A stretch of 64,000 nt of DNA from Phycisphaerales bacterium (GCA_044337135.1 JBIIOC010000001.1:14416-78415); one strand, 5' to 3'. Shown: positions 26,673 through 36,074, counted from the stretch's first letter. The notes: a model not told the origin generated them from the sequence alone. A program made the numbers and translations.

Positions 26673-28759
26673 GGATCCTCGTCGGGCGACGGCTTGCCCC
26701 GCGGCGCGCCGGACTTCTGGCCCCGCGGCTGCGCTGGCGCAGGATCGGGATCGACGGGCTCCGCATTGACGCCCTCCTCCTCTTCGGGCACCTGCGAGGC
26801 CCTGTACGCCTCGGTGATCACGCCGATCACGCCGGTGGGAACCATGGTGGCTGTCTCCACGCGGCCATCCTGCACCTCGACCGAGAAGGCGATGGGCTCG
26901 AGGCTCGGTGGCGCATCGGGCAATTGCAGCCCCATGCCCGGGAAACTGTTCGCGGCCTGCCGCACGACCGAGAGCAGCGAACCGACTCCCACATAACCGA
27001 CGATGTCCGCATCGGGCGCGATCCACGCACGCAAGGCCTCGATCACGGGCTCGGCTTCGAGCGTCTCCTTGCCCTCGGAGGCTCGAATGCCGCGCTGCAG
27101 CACGTCGGGTCGCTGGCTGAAGGTGACGAGCAGGCCGCCCGGCATCTCCTTGGCGAAGCCGTGCGGGCCACGCGGACCGAAGACCATCGTGCGCGCCATG
27201 CGCTGCATGGGATCGATGCCGCGTCGACGCGCACCGGCCGCGGGCGCAGCCGCATCCTTGGGAGCCGCCGCCTCGGTGATGGCATAGGCATCGGCCACCG
27301 TGCCATCCTTCAGCGCGCGGTTCTCCTCCCAGGTCACCTTCCGCTCCATGGCACCGTCGATGCCGGCAAGGCCCTTCATCCAGTCGCGCATGAGCGTGCG
27401 GGCCTTCGCGGGCTCCTGCGTTGAAAGCCATGCCATCGCCTCGTTCAGCACGCCGCCGCCGGCCATGCCCAACTTGCTGGGATAGATCGCGAACTGCATG
27501 CCATCGAGCAGTTCGCGGTTCTCGCGGATCCACTCGGGAATCGCGGGCGCGCCCGGCACCTGCGAGGCAAGATCGATGAAGGCGCCCCCACCACCGAGCC
27601 CGCGCATGTCGGCCGCGAAGGCGACGACGAAGGGCCCCTTGGGCAGTCGCGTGAGCTTGGCGGGCTGTCCGCGCGCGCCGCCCATGGTCGCGCGTCCCAG
27701 CGGGCTGTCGGGCGTCATGACCGCGTAGGTGCGCATCGCGACGCCGAGCGGATCAAGATCGATCGCAACCACGCCGTCCTGCACGCCGTCGTTCGTGGCG
27801 GAGGTCTTCGCCGAAGGTCCGGCTTCGGCGGTGGTCGCCTGCGCGACCGGCGCATTCACCTTCCGGCCCATCACGCCGTCGAGCTGCGCCTGATCCTTGT
27901 CGTCCACCACGCCGTCACGGTTCAGGTCGGCGCGATTCTCGCCACGCTCACCCATCTCCAGCAGCAGCATGGCGCGATCGCCACTGTCGATCTCGCCGTT
28001 GCCGTCGAGGTCCGCGCGTGCGAGGCTCTCGCTTGAAACCGCGGGCGCCGCTGCATCCAGGGCCTCGGCGCCTTCGGCCTGCGCACCACGCGCTCGACCA
28101 CGCTGCATCGACTCGCCCTGTTCGCGCATCTGCCGCATCGCGTCGGGGCCTCCCCATGCCGCGGCGTCGCCGGAGAACAGCACCTCCGTGCCGCGAATTC
28201 CCACGCGATCGGTGATCCGCTTGGCCAGGCCCGACTTCTGGTCATAGGCATCGACGAGCTGCTTGTTTCGTGAAACCAGGATGTGTCGACCCAGGTCCCG
28301 GGCGTGCAGCCGCCCGTACTGCGGATGGTCGAAACCCGGCTGCCCATCGGCTGCCGGCTTCAGGCTGGACTCCATCGCGGCCTTGCCGTCGGTGACCGGG
28401 ACGAGCACGCAGAATTCCGCGCGCCCCTCGGTCATCTGCGACCAGAGCACAAGGGATCCGCTCTCGTCGATTCCCGCGCCCACACCGGTCTGCGCGCGAA
28501 CCAGATCGAGCGGACGCAGCGGCACGGCGGAAGCGTCGCCCTCGATGCGAGCGAGGCACTCCGCCATGTCGTCGGACGCGAGCTTCAGGTTCGGCACCAC
28601 GAGGACGCCCAGCGCGGACTCCGGCGCAAGATCGATGGCCGCGCGGAAGGCGTTGGCGCCCGGCGTGCGACGGACCGGGGCATCGTCCGCTGGCGCGACG
28701 CTGGTGATGAGCGCAAGAACGCAGGGAAGAACGATCCGGATGGAGAGGCTGGACGGCAT
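26669..28759 (-). CDS. Secreted hypothetical protein (696 aa) with an internal dockerin/EF-hand-like Ca-binding repeat pair
   Basis: Start at the internal ATG 28759 with signal peptide MPSSLSIRIVLPCVLALITSVAPA. I recognise no catalytic motif. Confidence 0.7.
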   Translation of the reverse strand: MPSSLSIRIVLPCVLALITSVAPADDAPVRRTPGANAFRAAIDLAPESALGVLVVPNLKLASDDMAECLARIEGDASAVPLRPLDLVRAQTGVGAGIDESGSLVLWSQMTEGRAEFCVLVPVTDGKAAMESSLKPAADGQPGFDHPQYGRLHARDLGRHILVSRNKQLVDAYDQKSGLAKRITDRVGIRGTEVLFSGDAAAWGGPDAMRQMREQGESMQRGRARGAQAEGAEALDAAAPAVSSESLARADLDGNGEIDSGDRAMLLLEMGERGENRADLNRDGVVDDKDQAQLDGVMGRKVNAPVAQATTAEAGPSAKTSATNDGVQDGVVAIDLDPLGVAMRTYAVMTPDSPLGRATMGGARGQPAKLTRLPKGPFVVAFAADMRGLGGGGAFIDLASQVPGAPAIPEWIRENRELLDGMQFAIYPSKLGMAGGGVLNEAMAWLSTQEPAKARTLMRDWMKGLAGIDGAMERKVTWEENRALKDGTVADAYAITEAAAPKDAAAPAAGARRRGIDPMQRMARTMVFGPRGPHGFAKEMPGGLLVTFSQRPDVLQRGIRASEGKETLEAEPVIEALRAWIAPDADIVGYVGVGSLLSVVRQAANSFPGMGLQLPDAPPSLEPIAFSVEVQDGRVETATMVPTGVIGVITEAYRASQVPEEEEGVNAEPVDPDPAPAQPRGQKSGAPRGKPSPDEDP
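27869..28015 (-). other. Dockerin-type / EF-hand-like duplicated DxDxDG segment inside the 26669..28759 protein
   Basis: ADLDGNGEIDSGDRAMLLLEMG...ADLNRDGVVDDKDQAQLDGVMG. Confidence 0.5.
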
Positions 28760-28840
28760 GTCGACGAGGCCTTTGTGGGAATTCCGCGCGCGTTGCGGGG
28801 CGTGCAAGAACCGGTGCGGACGGCGTACTGTACGCGCCAG

Positions 28841-30025
28841 ATGCCCTCGCACGCCTCGATCGACTGCCTGTCCGGATGCGCGATCGCCGCGCTGATGGCG
28901 GCGCTGCTGGGCGCGCTCCTTCGAAGCTGCGGCCTGCGTCGCTGCTGGGCCATCGCGGGTCTGCTGACGGGTGTGCTGATTGGGGTGCAAGGTCTCGGGC
29001 GCATGAACGACCGAATGTTCGAGCGCTTCTTCATGGGCGCCGGCGAGGCGCGCAGGTCCCTCTTCGTGGCCTCGCGTTCGATCGAGGTGACCTCGATGGT
29101 CGCCGTGCCGCAGGGAGCCACCATCGACGAGGAGCAACTGGCTGGCCTGGAAGCCGAGCGCGCCGCAGCCGCGACGCGCTTCGCGAGCGCACGCAGGTCC
29201 TTCGACGAGGACGCCGCATGGTTCGTCGCCGTCCTGGCTGCCATCGTGATGGTGGCGGCATCGCCCATGACGGGTCGCGTGCCGTGGTGGAAGGATGGCG
29301 GTGGCCCCGTGGGCACCTGGTGCCTTGCTGCGCCGGCGGCGCTGCTGCTGGTGGCACTCTCGTTCTCGCGCGACCCTGAGCCCCAGGTCTGGTGGATGAG
29401 TGCGCTCGCGATCGCGTGCCTGGGCGCCCCCGCGCTGCAACCGCGAGATCGCTGGACTGCCGTTCGACTCATGGGTTCCCGTGCGACCGTGCTCGACGCG
29501 GCGCGTGGAATGAATGGCGCATGCGCCATCCTGCTTGCAGGCACGGCGTGGGCCGTCGACGACTCGCACACCACCGCGTGGCTGCTGCCCTGGGCCACCG
29601 CGCTTGCAGCATGGGGACTTGCCGCGAGCCCACGCGGCATGCTTGCGCGACTGACAGGGCCCGCCACCGCGGCAGCCGTGGCCATTGCCGCCACGCGCAT
29701 CGATCCGATCGCGGACTGGGAGGCGTGGTTCGCGCTGGCGGTGTTCGTGGCCGAGGACCTGAAGTGGATCGGAGCGGCCTTCGGCGTGTGGCTGTGGGGT
29801 CGCGTACCGTGGTTCGCCTCGCTGCGTGCCTGCATGCCGATGGCCGACACGGCCACTGCGCAGGCCGTGCTTGGCGCGCTGGCGATCCTGAGCGGCTTCG
29901 TGCCGATCTGGCTGGGGTACGCCCTGCTGGTCAGCGCCGCGGCCGTCGAAGCGATGGAACCCCTGCGCCGGGGCACAGCCCTTCGGCTGGACCAGGCGAT
30001 TCAGGAGTCGCAGCGGGCCGCCTGA
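28841..30025 (+). CDS. Hypothetical integral membrane protein (about 8 or more TM segments)
   Basis: The plus frame from ATG 28841 has strong GC3 and repeated hydrophobic segments. The opposite-strand 463-aa ORF is Ala/Ser/Arg-rich shadow. Confidence 0.6.
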   Translation: MPSHASIDCLSGCAIAALMAALLGALLRSCGLRRCWAIAGLLTGVLIGVQGLGRMNDRMFERFFMGAGEARRSLFVASRSIEVTSMVAVPQGATIDEEQLAGLEAERAAAATRFASARRSFDEDAAWFVAVLAAIVMVAASPMTGRVPWWKDGGGPVGTWCLAAPAALLLVALSFSRDPEPQVWWMSALAIACLGAPALQPRDRWTAVRLMGSRATVLDAARGMNGACAILLAGTAWAVDDSHTTAWLLPWATALAAWGLAASPRGMLARLTGPATAAAVAIAATRIDPIADWEAWFALAVFVAEDLKWIGAAFGVWLWGRVPWFASLRACMPMADTATAQAVLGALAILSGFVPIWLGYALLVSAAAVEAMEPLRRGTALRLDQAIQESQRAA

Positions 30026-30031
30026 GGCGGA

Positions 30032-30628
30032 TCACTTGGCGAGGGCCTGCTCGATCGCCTGCGCCAGGGCGGAATCTCCCGGCTTCACCGAACTGGGATA
30101 GAAGGCCACGGGCTGGCCGTCCTTGCCCACCAGATACTTGCTGAAGTTCCAACCCGGCAACTTGCCGGTTCGGGTGCCGAGGTACTCGAAGAGCTCGGAC
30201 TGCCCCGCTCCGGCCTTGACCTGGACCTTCTCCATGACGGGGAAGGTGACCTTGTAGGTCGTCGAGCAGAACTCACGGATGTCCTTGGCGCTGCCAGGCT
30301 CCTGACCGCCGAAGTCGTTGCACGGGAATGCCAGGATGACCAGCCCCTTGTCCTTGAATCGCTGATGGAGCGCCTCGAGGTCGGTGTACTGGGGGGTGAA
30401 TCCGCAGCGGCTGGCGACGTTCACCACCAGCACGACCTTGCCCTTCAGGTCACCCAGGTTCATCGGTTGTCCCTCGAGCGTTCGGGTCTGGATCGAGTGC
30501 ATGGACTTGTCCTTCCACTTCTGGAGCAGTTCGGGGGTCTGGGGCGCCGACTGGGCGCAGGCGAATCCGGTCACGGCGGCGATCCCGGACACGGCACCAA
30601 GCATCAGGCGTCGAAAGGCGTGCTTCAT
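30032..30628 (-). CDS. Glutathione peroxidase family protein (Cys type), secreted
   Basis: VVNVASRCGFTPQY, AFPCNDFGGQEPG and WNFSKYLV motifs. Signal peptide from MKHAFRRLMLGAV. Confidence 0.9.
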   Translation of the reverse strand: MKHAFRRLMLGAVSGIAAVTGFACAQSAPQTPELLQKWKDKSMHSIQTRTLEGQPMNLGDLKGKVVLVVNVASRCGFTPQYTDLEALHQRFKDKGLVILAFPCNDFGGQEPGSAKDIREFCSTTYKVTFPVMEKVQVKAGAGQSELFEYLGTRTGKLPGWNFSKYLVGKDGQPVAFYPSSVKPGDSALAQAIEQALAK

Positions 30629-30749
30629 GGATGGGGAATCGCCCGATGCGGGCCTCTGGATTCGTTCGGCCTGCCGCATGCGCTTACGATCACCGGTCGT
30701 GAGCGAGTTCGGCGAACATCAGGGCCCACCACCACCAGGACCTCTTGCC

Positions 30750-32549
30750 ATGGTGGACCTGTCGGACCCTCGCGCCGCGGCCGTGATGCAGTCCGTTCGC
30801 CAGGCGGTGGCTTCGCTGGCGGACACTTCGGTCGCGATGCGGCGCGCGCGTGATGCGGCGACGAGGGCACGCGAGCTCCTGGAACAAGGAGCCATGGCCT
30901 CCGCCTTCGGCCGCGAGGGCGAGATGGTCTGCACGCTCGGTCGTCTGCCCGAGGAGCAACCGCTCTGGATCATCGGCGACGTGCGCGGCGACGCGATCGC
31001 GCTTGCCTCGGCGCTGGCGTTCATCGACGAGGCGGACCGATCTCATGCCCCCGCGGCGATCGCGTTCCTTGGCGACTGGACGGGTGGCAACGCTGGCGAT
31101 GCCGCATGCGCGGCGTTGGTGCTTGAAAGATTCGTCGCGGCGCCGGAGCGGACGCTGCTGCTGCGAGGCGACCGCGAGTGGTCCGCGCCCATGCCGTTGG
31201 ACATGCCGCCGGGCATCCGTGCCATGCCGCGGCCAGGAGCGTTCGAATCGCTGCATGACGAGGCGTGTGAGGCCATCGAGGCCGTCGCCGAGCGCCTGCC
31301 CGCGCTCGCGCTGCTGCCGGACGGACTCGCGCTGGTGCACGGCTCGCTGCCACGCATGTCACGCCTGCGCGACCTGAAGTCGCTGGAGGATCTCGCCGCC
31401 TCCGCCGCGGCGATGCGGGACTGCGTGATGGGCCGCCAGCATCTTCGCGAGATGCGCATCCAGGCGGGCGAACGTGAAGGTGGTCTGATTCTCGGCGTGG
31501 AGGACTTCGAGAACTCCCTGCGCAAGCTCAATGAGCTGAGCGGGCGACCGATCTTCCGAATGGTCCGTGGACAGGATGCCGCGCCCGAAGGATTCCGCTG
31601 GTTCAAGGCCTACGGACCCGGCGTGCTGCTGACGCTCACGACGATGGCCGACGCCCTGCCGGAGTCCGCTGGCGGCAGTCGACGGTGCCCGTGCGTGGGA
31701 CGCTTCAAGTCCGGCACGATCCGGGTTGTTCGCATGAAGGTTCCAGCCGAGGTTGCGCTGCTTGGTGACCAGCTGTTCCCGCCCCGTGCGTCGGAGGCTG
31801 GTCTTCCCGCGACAGCCGCGTCGTCGGAAGGCACACGACCCCCTGGTGGTCCTGCAGTGCAGATTCCGGCGACAACCCCGACGCCGCCTCAACCGACGAC
31901 GCCCGCAAGGCCGCAGGCTGCGGCACGAACCACGGATGTCTCGAAGTCCACGACCCAACCCCGTGATTCGGATCCGGCGGCAACCGCCCGCGCGACTCCC
32001 GAGGCCACGCGCATGCTGTTCGATCGCGGCGTGCGGCTGCTGCAGGCGCGTGCCTGGGCCGGTGCGCGCGACGCGTTCCGCACGGCTGGCGCGGATCCCC
32101 GCATGCAGGAGGCCTGTGCGCTCAACGAGGCGGTCGCATGCATGTGGATGGGACCGTCCGGGCACCAGGACGCGCTGGCGCGACTGCGCTGGCTGCGGCA
32201 GAGCCACCCACGCGATCCTGCCGTGCTGCTGAACATGGGCATCGCCTTCCTTGTGTGTGAACGCAATCCAAGCGAGGCGATGCGTGCCCTGCGCGCGGCC
32301 GTGGATGCCTCGGCCGACCTGACCGACGCATGGTGGGCGCTCGGCCTCGCCGCCGCGATGCGATCGGACGCCTCGACGGCGGCGAGCGCGTTCAATGTCG
32401 CGGCCGATGGCGGATGCGCGCTGCCTGTTCCGGGATCACTGCACGGACTCATCCCCGCGCGTGAACTTGGTCCCGTCCTTGAAGCGCTGCGGGGCCTCGC
32501 TCGGCACAAGCCCAAGCCCGAGGCCCCGCCCGTTCCGATCCACGCCTGA
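30750..32549 (+). CDS. Calcineurin-like (PPP/ApaH-type) phosphatase homologue with substituted catalytic motifs, a Pro/Thr-rich linker and C-terminal TPR repeats
   Basis: LWIIGDVRGD, FLGDWTGGN and LLLRGDREW stand in place of GDxHG, GDxxDRG and GNHE. The C-terminus is TPR-like. Start at the internal ATG 30750. Confidence 0.7.
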   Translation: MVDLSDPRAAAVMQSVRQAVASLADTSVAMRRARDAATRARELLEQGAMASAFGREGEMVCTLGRLPEEQPLWIIGDVRGDAIALASALAFIDEADRSHAPAAIAFLGDWTGGNAGDAACAALVLERFVAAPERTLLLRGDREWSAPMPLDMPPGIRAMPRPGAFESLHDEACEAIEAVAERLPALALLPDGLALVHGSLPRMSRLRDLKSLEDLAASAAAMRDCVMGRQHLREMRIQAGEREGGLILGVEDFENSLRKLNELSGRPIFRMVRGQDAAPEGFRWFKAYGPGVLLTLTTMADALPESAGGSRRCPCVGRFKSGTIRVVRMKVPAEVALLGDQLFPPRASEAGLPATAASSEGTRPPGGPAVQIPATTPTPPQPTTPARPQAAARTTDVSKSTTQPRDSDPAATARATPEATRMLFDRGVRLLQARAWAGARDAFRTAGADPRMQEACALNEAVACMWMGPSGHQDALARLRWLRQSHPRDPAVLLNMGIAFLVCERNPSEAMRALRAAVDASADLTDAWWALGLAAAMRSDASTAASAFNVAADGGCALPVPGSLHGLIPARELGPVLEALRGLARHKPKPEAPPVPIHA

Positions 32550-32552
32550 CGC

Positions 32553-34250
32553 TCAGCGAGCGCTGGCCACCAGCACCGAACCCGGACGCCAGCCCTGCGC
32601 CGCCGTGGCCTTCTGGCTCCAGCCGCGTCGGTTGGTGCGGAAGAAGTCCACGTCGCCCTGGGTCACGGTGCGGTCGCCATCAAGGTCCATCTCCGACTCC
32701 TGACCCATGTCCAGGAGAAGAAGCGCCACATCGCCATCGGAGAGCGTGCCGTCGTCGTCAAGATCGGGCCACACGCTGCCCTTGGGGGCCTCGGTGACGG
32801 CGACATCCGAACCGTCGGCCTTCACGGCCAGCGGCTCACTGTCGCTCTCGAAGTACCACGCGCCGACGCCACCCTCCTCCGGAAGGACCTCGCGCACCTC
32901 GCCGCTCTTCAGGCTGACGACCACGCTCGACACGCCCGGTGCGAAGCTGAAGCGCCACAGGGTGCCACCCGACACGCGACGGCCGGTGGTGAGCACGCGG
33001 TCCTCGAGGCCCGGCAGGGTGAACCAGCGCGAGGCGCCAGCCGAGGTGCCCAGACGGGCATTGATGTCGTTGACGAGTCCGTGCAGGCGAGCCTGATCCT
33101 CGACCTTGTTCCAGATCGCGGGGTTCTGGTCCTTGCGCCAGGCCGCGGGATTGAAGAGCAGGAGGCGATCACATCCGTGCAGCACCAGCTGGATGACGTT
33201 CTCGTCCCAGTACAGCGTGTTGGCGATCGGCGACGAGTAGCCACCCAGGCCGTTGCCCGGTTCGTTCTGCTCGCCATTGAGGCCCAGGCTGGTGTTCGCG
33301 ATCCACGGCAGCATCGCGCGGCGGCTGCTCGCGTTGGCCGCGCGGATCCGGTGCACGTTCATGCGGAACATGTCGAACGGGGTGTCGTTGAGCTTGGTGC
33401 CGGCGAAGGCGGCGCCGCGGATCCAGTGGAGCGAGTTCCCGTAGAAGCTCAGGCTGTTGTGGGTGCCGAAGCCGGTGCCGCCGTAGGTGATGCCAAGGCC
33501 TCCCATGTCCGGCGTCATGTAGCGGGCCTGAATCGGCGCGCTTCCATAGTTGCAGATCATCGCCTTGGGCCAGATCGTGCGGAACGGCACGATCACCGCG
33601 CGGGAGAGGGCCGCGTCGAAGTCCGGCAGCACGACTTCATTCCAGCGGTTGTACTCACGACCACCCCAGGCAAGCTTGTTGAGCTTCTTGAAGCCGAGCC
33701 GCTTCGCGAGCGCCGGAAAGCGCGGATCCGCCTCGATCGCGGCGGTGTTCGCGCCATCGGCACGGACGTAGCGGCCCGCCCAGAAGGTCGTCTCGTTGTC
33801 GAGCACGAGCGCATCGATCGTCTTGACGCCCGCGGCCTTGAGGCCATTGAAGAGCTTCGTCACGGCTGCGCGTGCCTCCGACTCGCCGTTGTTGCACCAC
33901 GGTCCGGCCCACTGCGTCATGGTGACGCGGCCCGAGGAATCAACCGAACGGCAACGGTCGAGCGGATGGTCCGCCAGACGATCGGTGAAACGCATGAGCA
34001 GCAGGACGCGCTGGCCTTCCGGCATCGCATTCAGGCGACGCGCGATGTCCTCGACCTTGTACTCGGGATAGGCGTCGACCATCTTGAGCATGTTTCCGGA
34101 GTACGCCGGATCGATCGAATCCCAAGCCCAGACCTTCACCTGGGCGCCCGCGCGAGCGGCGACGAATGCCACCACCAGCGCGGAAAGGGTGCGAACGAGA
34201 CGAGTGAGTTTCTGGTCTGCACGGCTGTGGGCGCGAGTGATGCTGGGCAT
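32553..34250 (-). CDS. Secreted hypothetical protein (565 aa) with a C-terminal dockerin/EF-hand-like repeat pair
   Basis: Start at ATG 34250 with signal peptide LSALVVAFVAARAGAQV. C-terminus: DLDDDGTLSDGDVALLLLDMG...DLDGDRTVTQGDVDFF (about 32641-32772). Confidence 0.7.
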   Translation of the reverse strand: MPSITRAHSRADQKLTRLVRTLSALVVAFVAARAGAQVKVWAWDSIDPAYSGNMLKMVDAYPEYKVEDIARRLNAMPEGQRVLLLMRFTDRLADHPLDRCRSVDSSGRVTMTQWAGPWCNNGESEARAAVTKLFNGLKAAGVKTIDALVLDNETTFWAGRYVRADGANTAAIEADPRFPALAKRLGFKKLNKLAWGGREYNRWNEVVLPDFDAALSRAVIVPFRTIWPKAMICNYGSAPIQARYMTPDMGGLGITYGGTGFGTHNSLSFYGNSLHWIRGAAFAGTKLNDTPFDMFRMNVHRIRAANASSRRAMLPWIANTSLGLNGEQNEPGNGLGGYSSPIANTLYWDENVIQLVLHGCDRLLLFNPAAWRKDQNPAIWNKVEDQARLHGLVNDINARLGTSAGASRWFTLPGLEDRVLTTGRRVSGGTLWRFSFAPGVSSVVVSLKSGEVREVLPEEGGVGAWYFESDSEPLAVKADGSDVAVTEAPKGSVWPDLDDDGTLSDGDVALLLLDMGQESEMDLDGDRTVTQGDVDFFRTNRRGWSQKATAAQGWRPGSVLVASAR

Positions 34251-34454
34251 CGGCGGCTCCTGCTGTGCTGACCGGTCGCGGTCATCCGCAGGGCGCCTGT
34301 CGAACCGTTCGACCGGGAGCCCTGGGGGGGCTGCGACCGGTCTTCGGGTTGTCAAACATCTCAAGGATCCGTTTCACAAACCAGGAGTCAACCCGTAGGC
34401 GGTCGTCCGGGGCCTTGAAGGTCCTAAACACCTGCTGAAGGATCATTTACGGAC

Positions 34455-34505
34455 CATAAAACTGCCGAGCCCCGGGTGGTCGGGACCACGACCAGCCCAG
34501 GGCTC
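34455..34505 (-). terminator. Candidate intrinsic terminator downstream of the DUF493 gene
   Basis: GC-rich interrupted hairpin of about 15 bp at 34467-34505 (inner TGGTCG/CGACCA, outer GAGCCC/GGGCTC). A TTTT run follows on the minus strand, but 5 nt away from the stem. Confidence 0.4.
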
Positions 34506-34531
34506 CGCGAAGTCTTGAATGTCCAGAGCGC

Positions 34532-34798
34532 TCAGAGGACCAGCCGGATCCCCGCGGACTGCTTCAGGCGCTCGAAGAAGCCGCGTCGCTGCTCCTCGTT
34601 GTCCACGGTGGTGTCGACACTCATGCTGCACCAGCGCCCTCCCGAACTGCGTCGCACTTCGCCCAGACGAACGGGGTGCCCGCCAAAGGCCTGCCGAATG
34701 GCCAGTCGGATGTGGCTCTCCTGCCCCGCGATCACGCGATAGCCCCACTCGCACGGATAGTCCAGTTGCGGCCGTCCCTCGCTTGTGTCGTGGTCCAT
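34532..34798 (-). CDS. DUF493 (YbeD-like) family protein
   Basis: 88 aa with a YPCEWGYRVIAG-type N-terminal motif. AGGAGG (plus cctcct, 34808-34813) lies 9 nt upstream of ATG 34798. Confidence 0.7.
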   Translation of the reverse strand: MDHDTSEGRPQLDYPCEWGYRVIAGQESHIRLAIRQAFGGHPVRLGEVRRSSGGRWCSMSVDTTVDNEEQRRGFFERLKQSAGIRLVL

Positions 34799-34893
34799 GG
34801 GTGATTGCCTCCTGCTTGGACTACTGTGGATATTGGTCCTTGCGTGTGCAAGAAAACACCCGGTTTCCTTCAAGATTTCGCGTTCTCCGGGGC

Positions 34894-36066
34894 TCAGCCC
34901 GAAAGCGGAAGCCGACGCGCGAGGTCCACGAAGGCGTCGTGCGAGGCGCGAAGCTGCGTCATCGAGTCGCCCCCGAACTTCGCAAGGAACGCGCCCGCGA
35001 TCTCGAACGCGACCACGTTCTCGAGCACCACGCTCGCTGCCGCGATGGCGCTGATGTCGGAGCGCTCGTAGGCGCTCGTGATCGACTGCTTGGTGTTCAG
35101 GTCCACGCTCGGCATGCCACGCAGCAGCGTGCTGATGGGCTTCATCGTGCCGGTGACGACCACGGGCATGCCATTGGTCATGCCGCCTTCCAGCCCACCC
35201 GCGTTGTTGGTGGTGCGAACGAAACCAAGATGCGACTCGTCGCGCCGCGCCGGGTCGTAGGCGATCGGGTCATGCACCTGACTGCCGGTGCGGAAGGCGC
35301 ACTCGCGGCCCAATCCGATCTCGACCGCCTTGAATGCCTGAATGCCCATCACGGCCGCGGCCAGCCGCGAATCCAGTCGCTCATGCCACTGCACGCAGGT
35401 GCCCAGGCCGATCGGACACCCGAACACATGCGCCTCTACCAGGCCGCCCACCGTGTCCTTCTCCACCTTGGCCTGGTGGATGCGGTCGATCAGCTGCTGC
35501 GAGGCCGCGGCGCAGGGCATGCCCACCTCGCTCGCATCGCGCGCCTCGCGCAGCGACCTCCAGTTCAAGGGCGTGACCTCGGCGGCGCAGCGCACGTCCA
35601 GGCTCGCGCGCACGAAGCCGAAGCATTCGATCCCGAATTCCCGAAGCATGCACCGCGCGAGCGCGCCCGCGGCCACGCGCGCGGCGGTCTCCCGGGCACT
35701 GGCGCGCTCCAGCGTTGCGCGACAGTCCGTGGTGAGCCACTTCACGCTGCCGGCCAGATCGGCATGACCCGGGCGCGGCTGGTGGACGGGCGGGGTCTTG
35801 GCGGCGTCGTCCAGCCGGCTGTCGCGATTTGCCACGCGCAGCGTGACCGGGCCTCCCATGGTTCGACCCTGCATCACGCCCGTGAGCACCTCGACCGTGT
35901 CCGTCTCGAGTCGCTGGCGGGCGCCGCGGCCATAGCCCGCCTGGCGGCGACGCAGCTCGGCGTTGATGAAGTCGGCGTCGACCACCAGACCCGCGGGAAG
36001 ACCCTCGATCACGGCCAGCATGCCGGGGCCGTGGCTTTCGCCGGCGGTGAGATATCGCAGCGCCAT
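34894..36066 (-). CDS. aroC: Chorismate synthase
   Basis: RYLTAGESHGPG N-terminus, GYGRGARQ and RPGHAD motifs. Start at ATG 36066 (36078 possible). Confidence 0.92.
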   Translation of the reverse strand: MALRYLTAGESHGPGMLAVIEGLPAGLVVDADFINAELRRRQAGYGRGARQRLETDTVEVLTGVMQGRTMGGPVTLRVANRDSRLDDAAKTPPVHQPRPGHADLAGSVKWLTTDCRATLERASARETAARVAAGALARCMLREFGIECFGFVRASLDVRCAAEVTPLNWRSLREARDASEVGMPCAAASQQLIDRIHQAKVEKDTVGGLVEAHVFGCPIGLGTCVQWHERLDSRLAAAVMGIQAFKAVEIGLGRECAFRTGSQVHDPIAYDPARRDESHLGFVRTTNNAGGLEGGMTNGMPVVVTGTMKPISTLLRGMPSVDLNTKQSITSAYERSDISAIAAASVVLENVVAFEIAGAFLAKFGGDSMTQLRASHDAFVDLARRLPLSG

Positions 36067-36074
36067 GCGGCCGA

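Noticed and set aside
28585-29976. 463-aa minus-strand ORF opposite the membrane-protein gene
   Set aside because: It is an Ala/Ser/Arg/Pro-rich sequence without TM segments or motifs. The plus frame shows strong GC3 and regular hydrophobic helices.
34349-34379. The inverted repeat as a Rex operator
   Set aside because: Rex boxes are TTGTGAA-N6-TTCACAA. Here the arms are 13 nt apart and one arm is mismatched, so it is reported only as a generic operator candidate.
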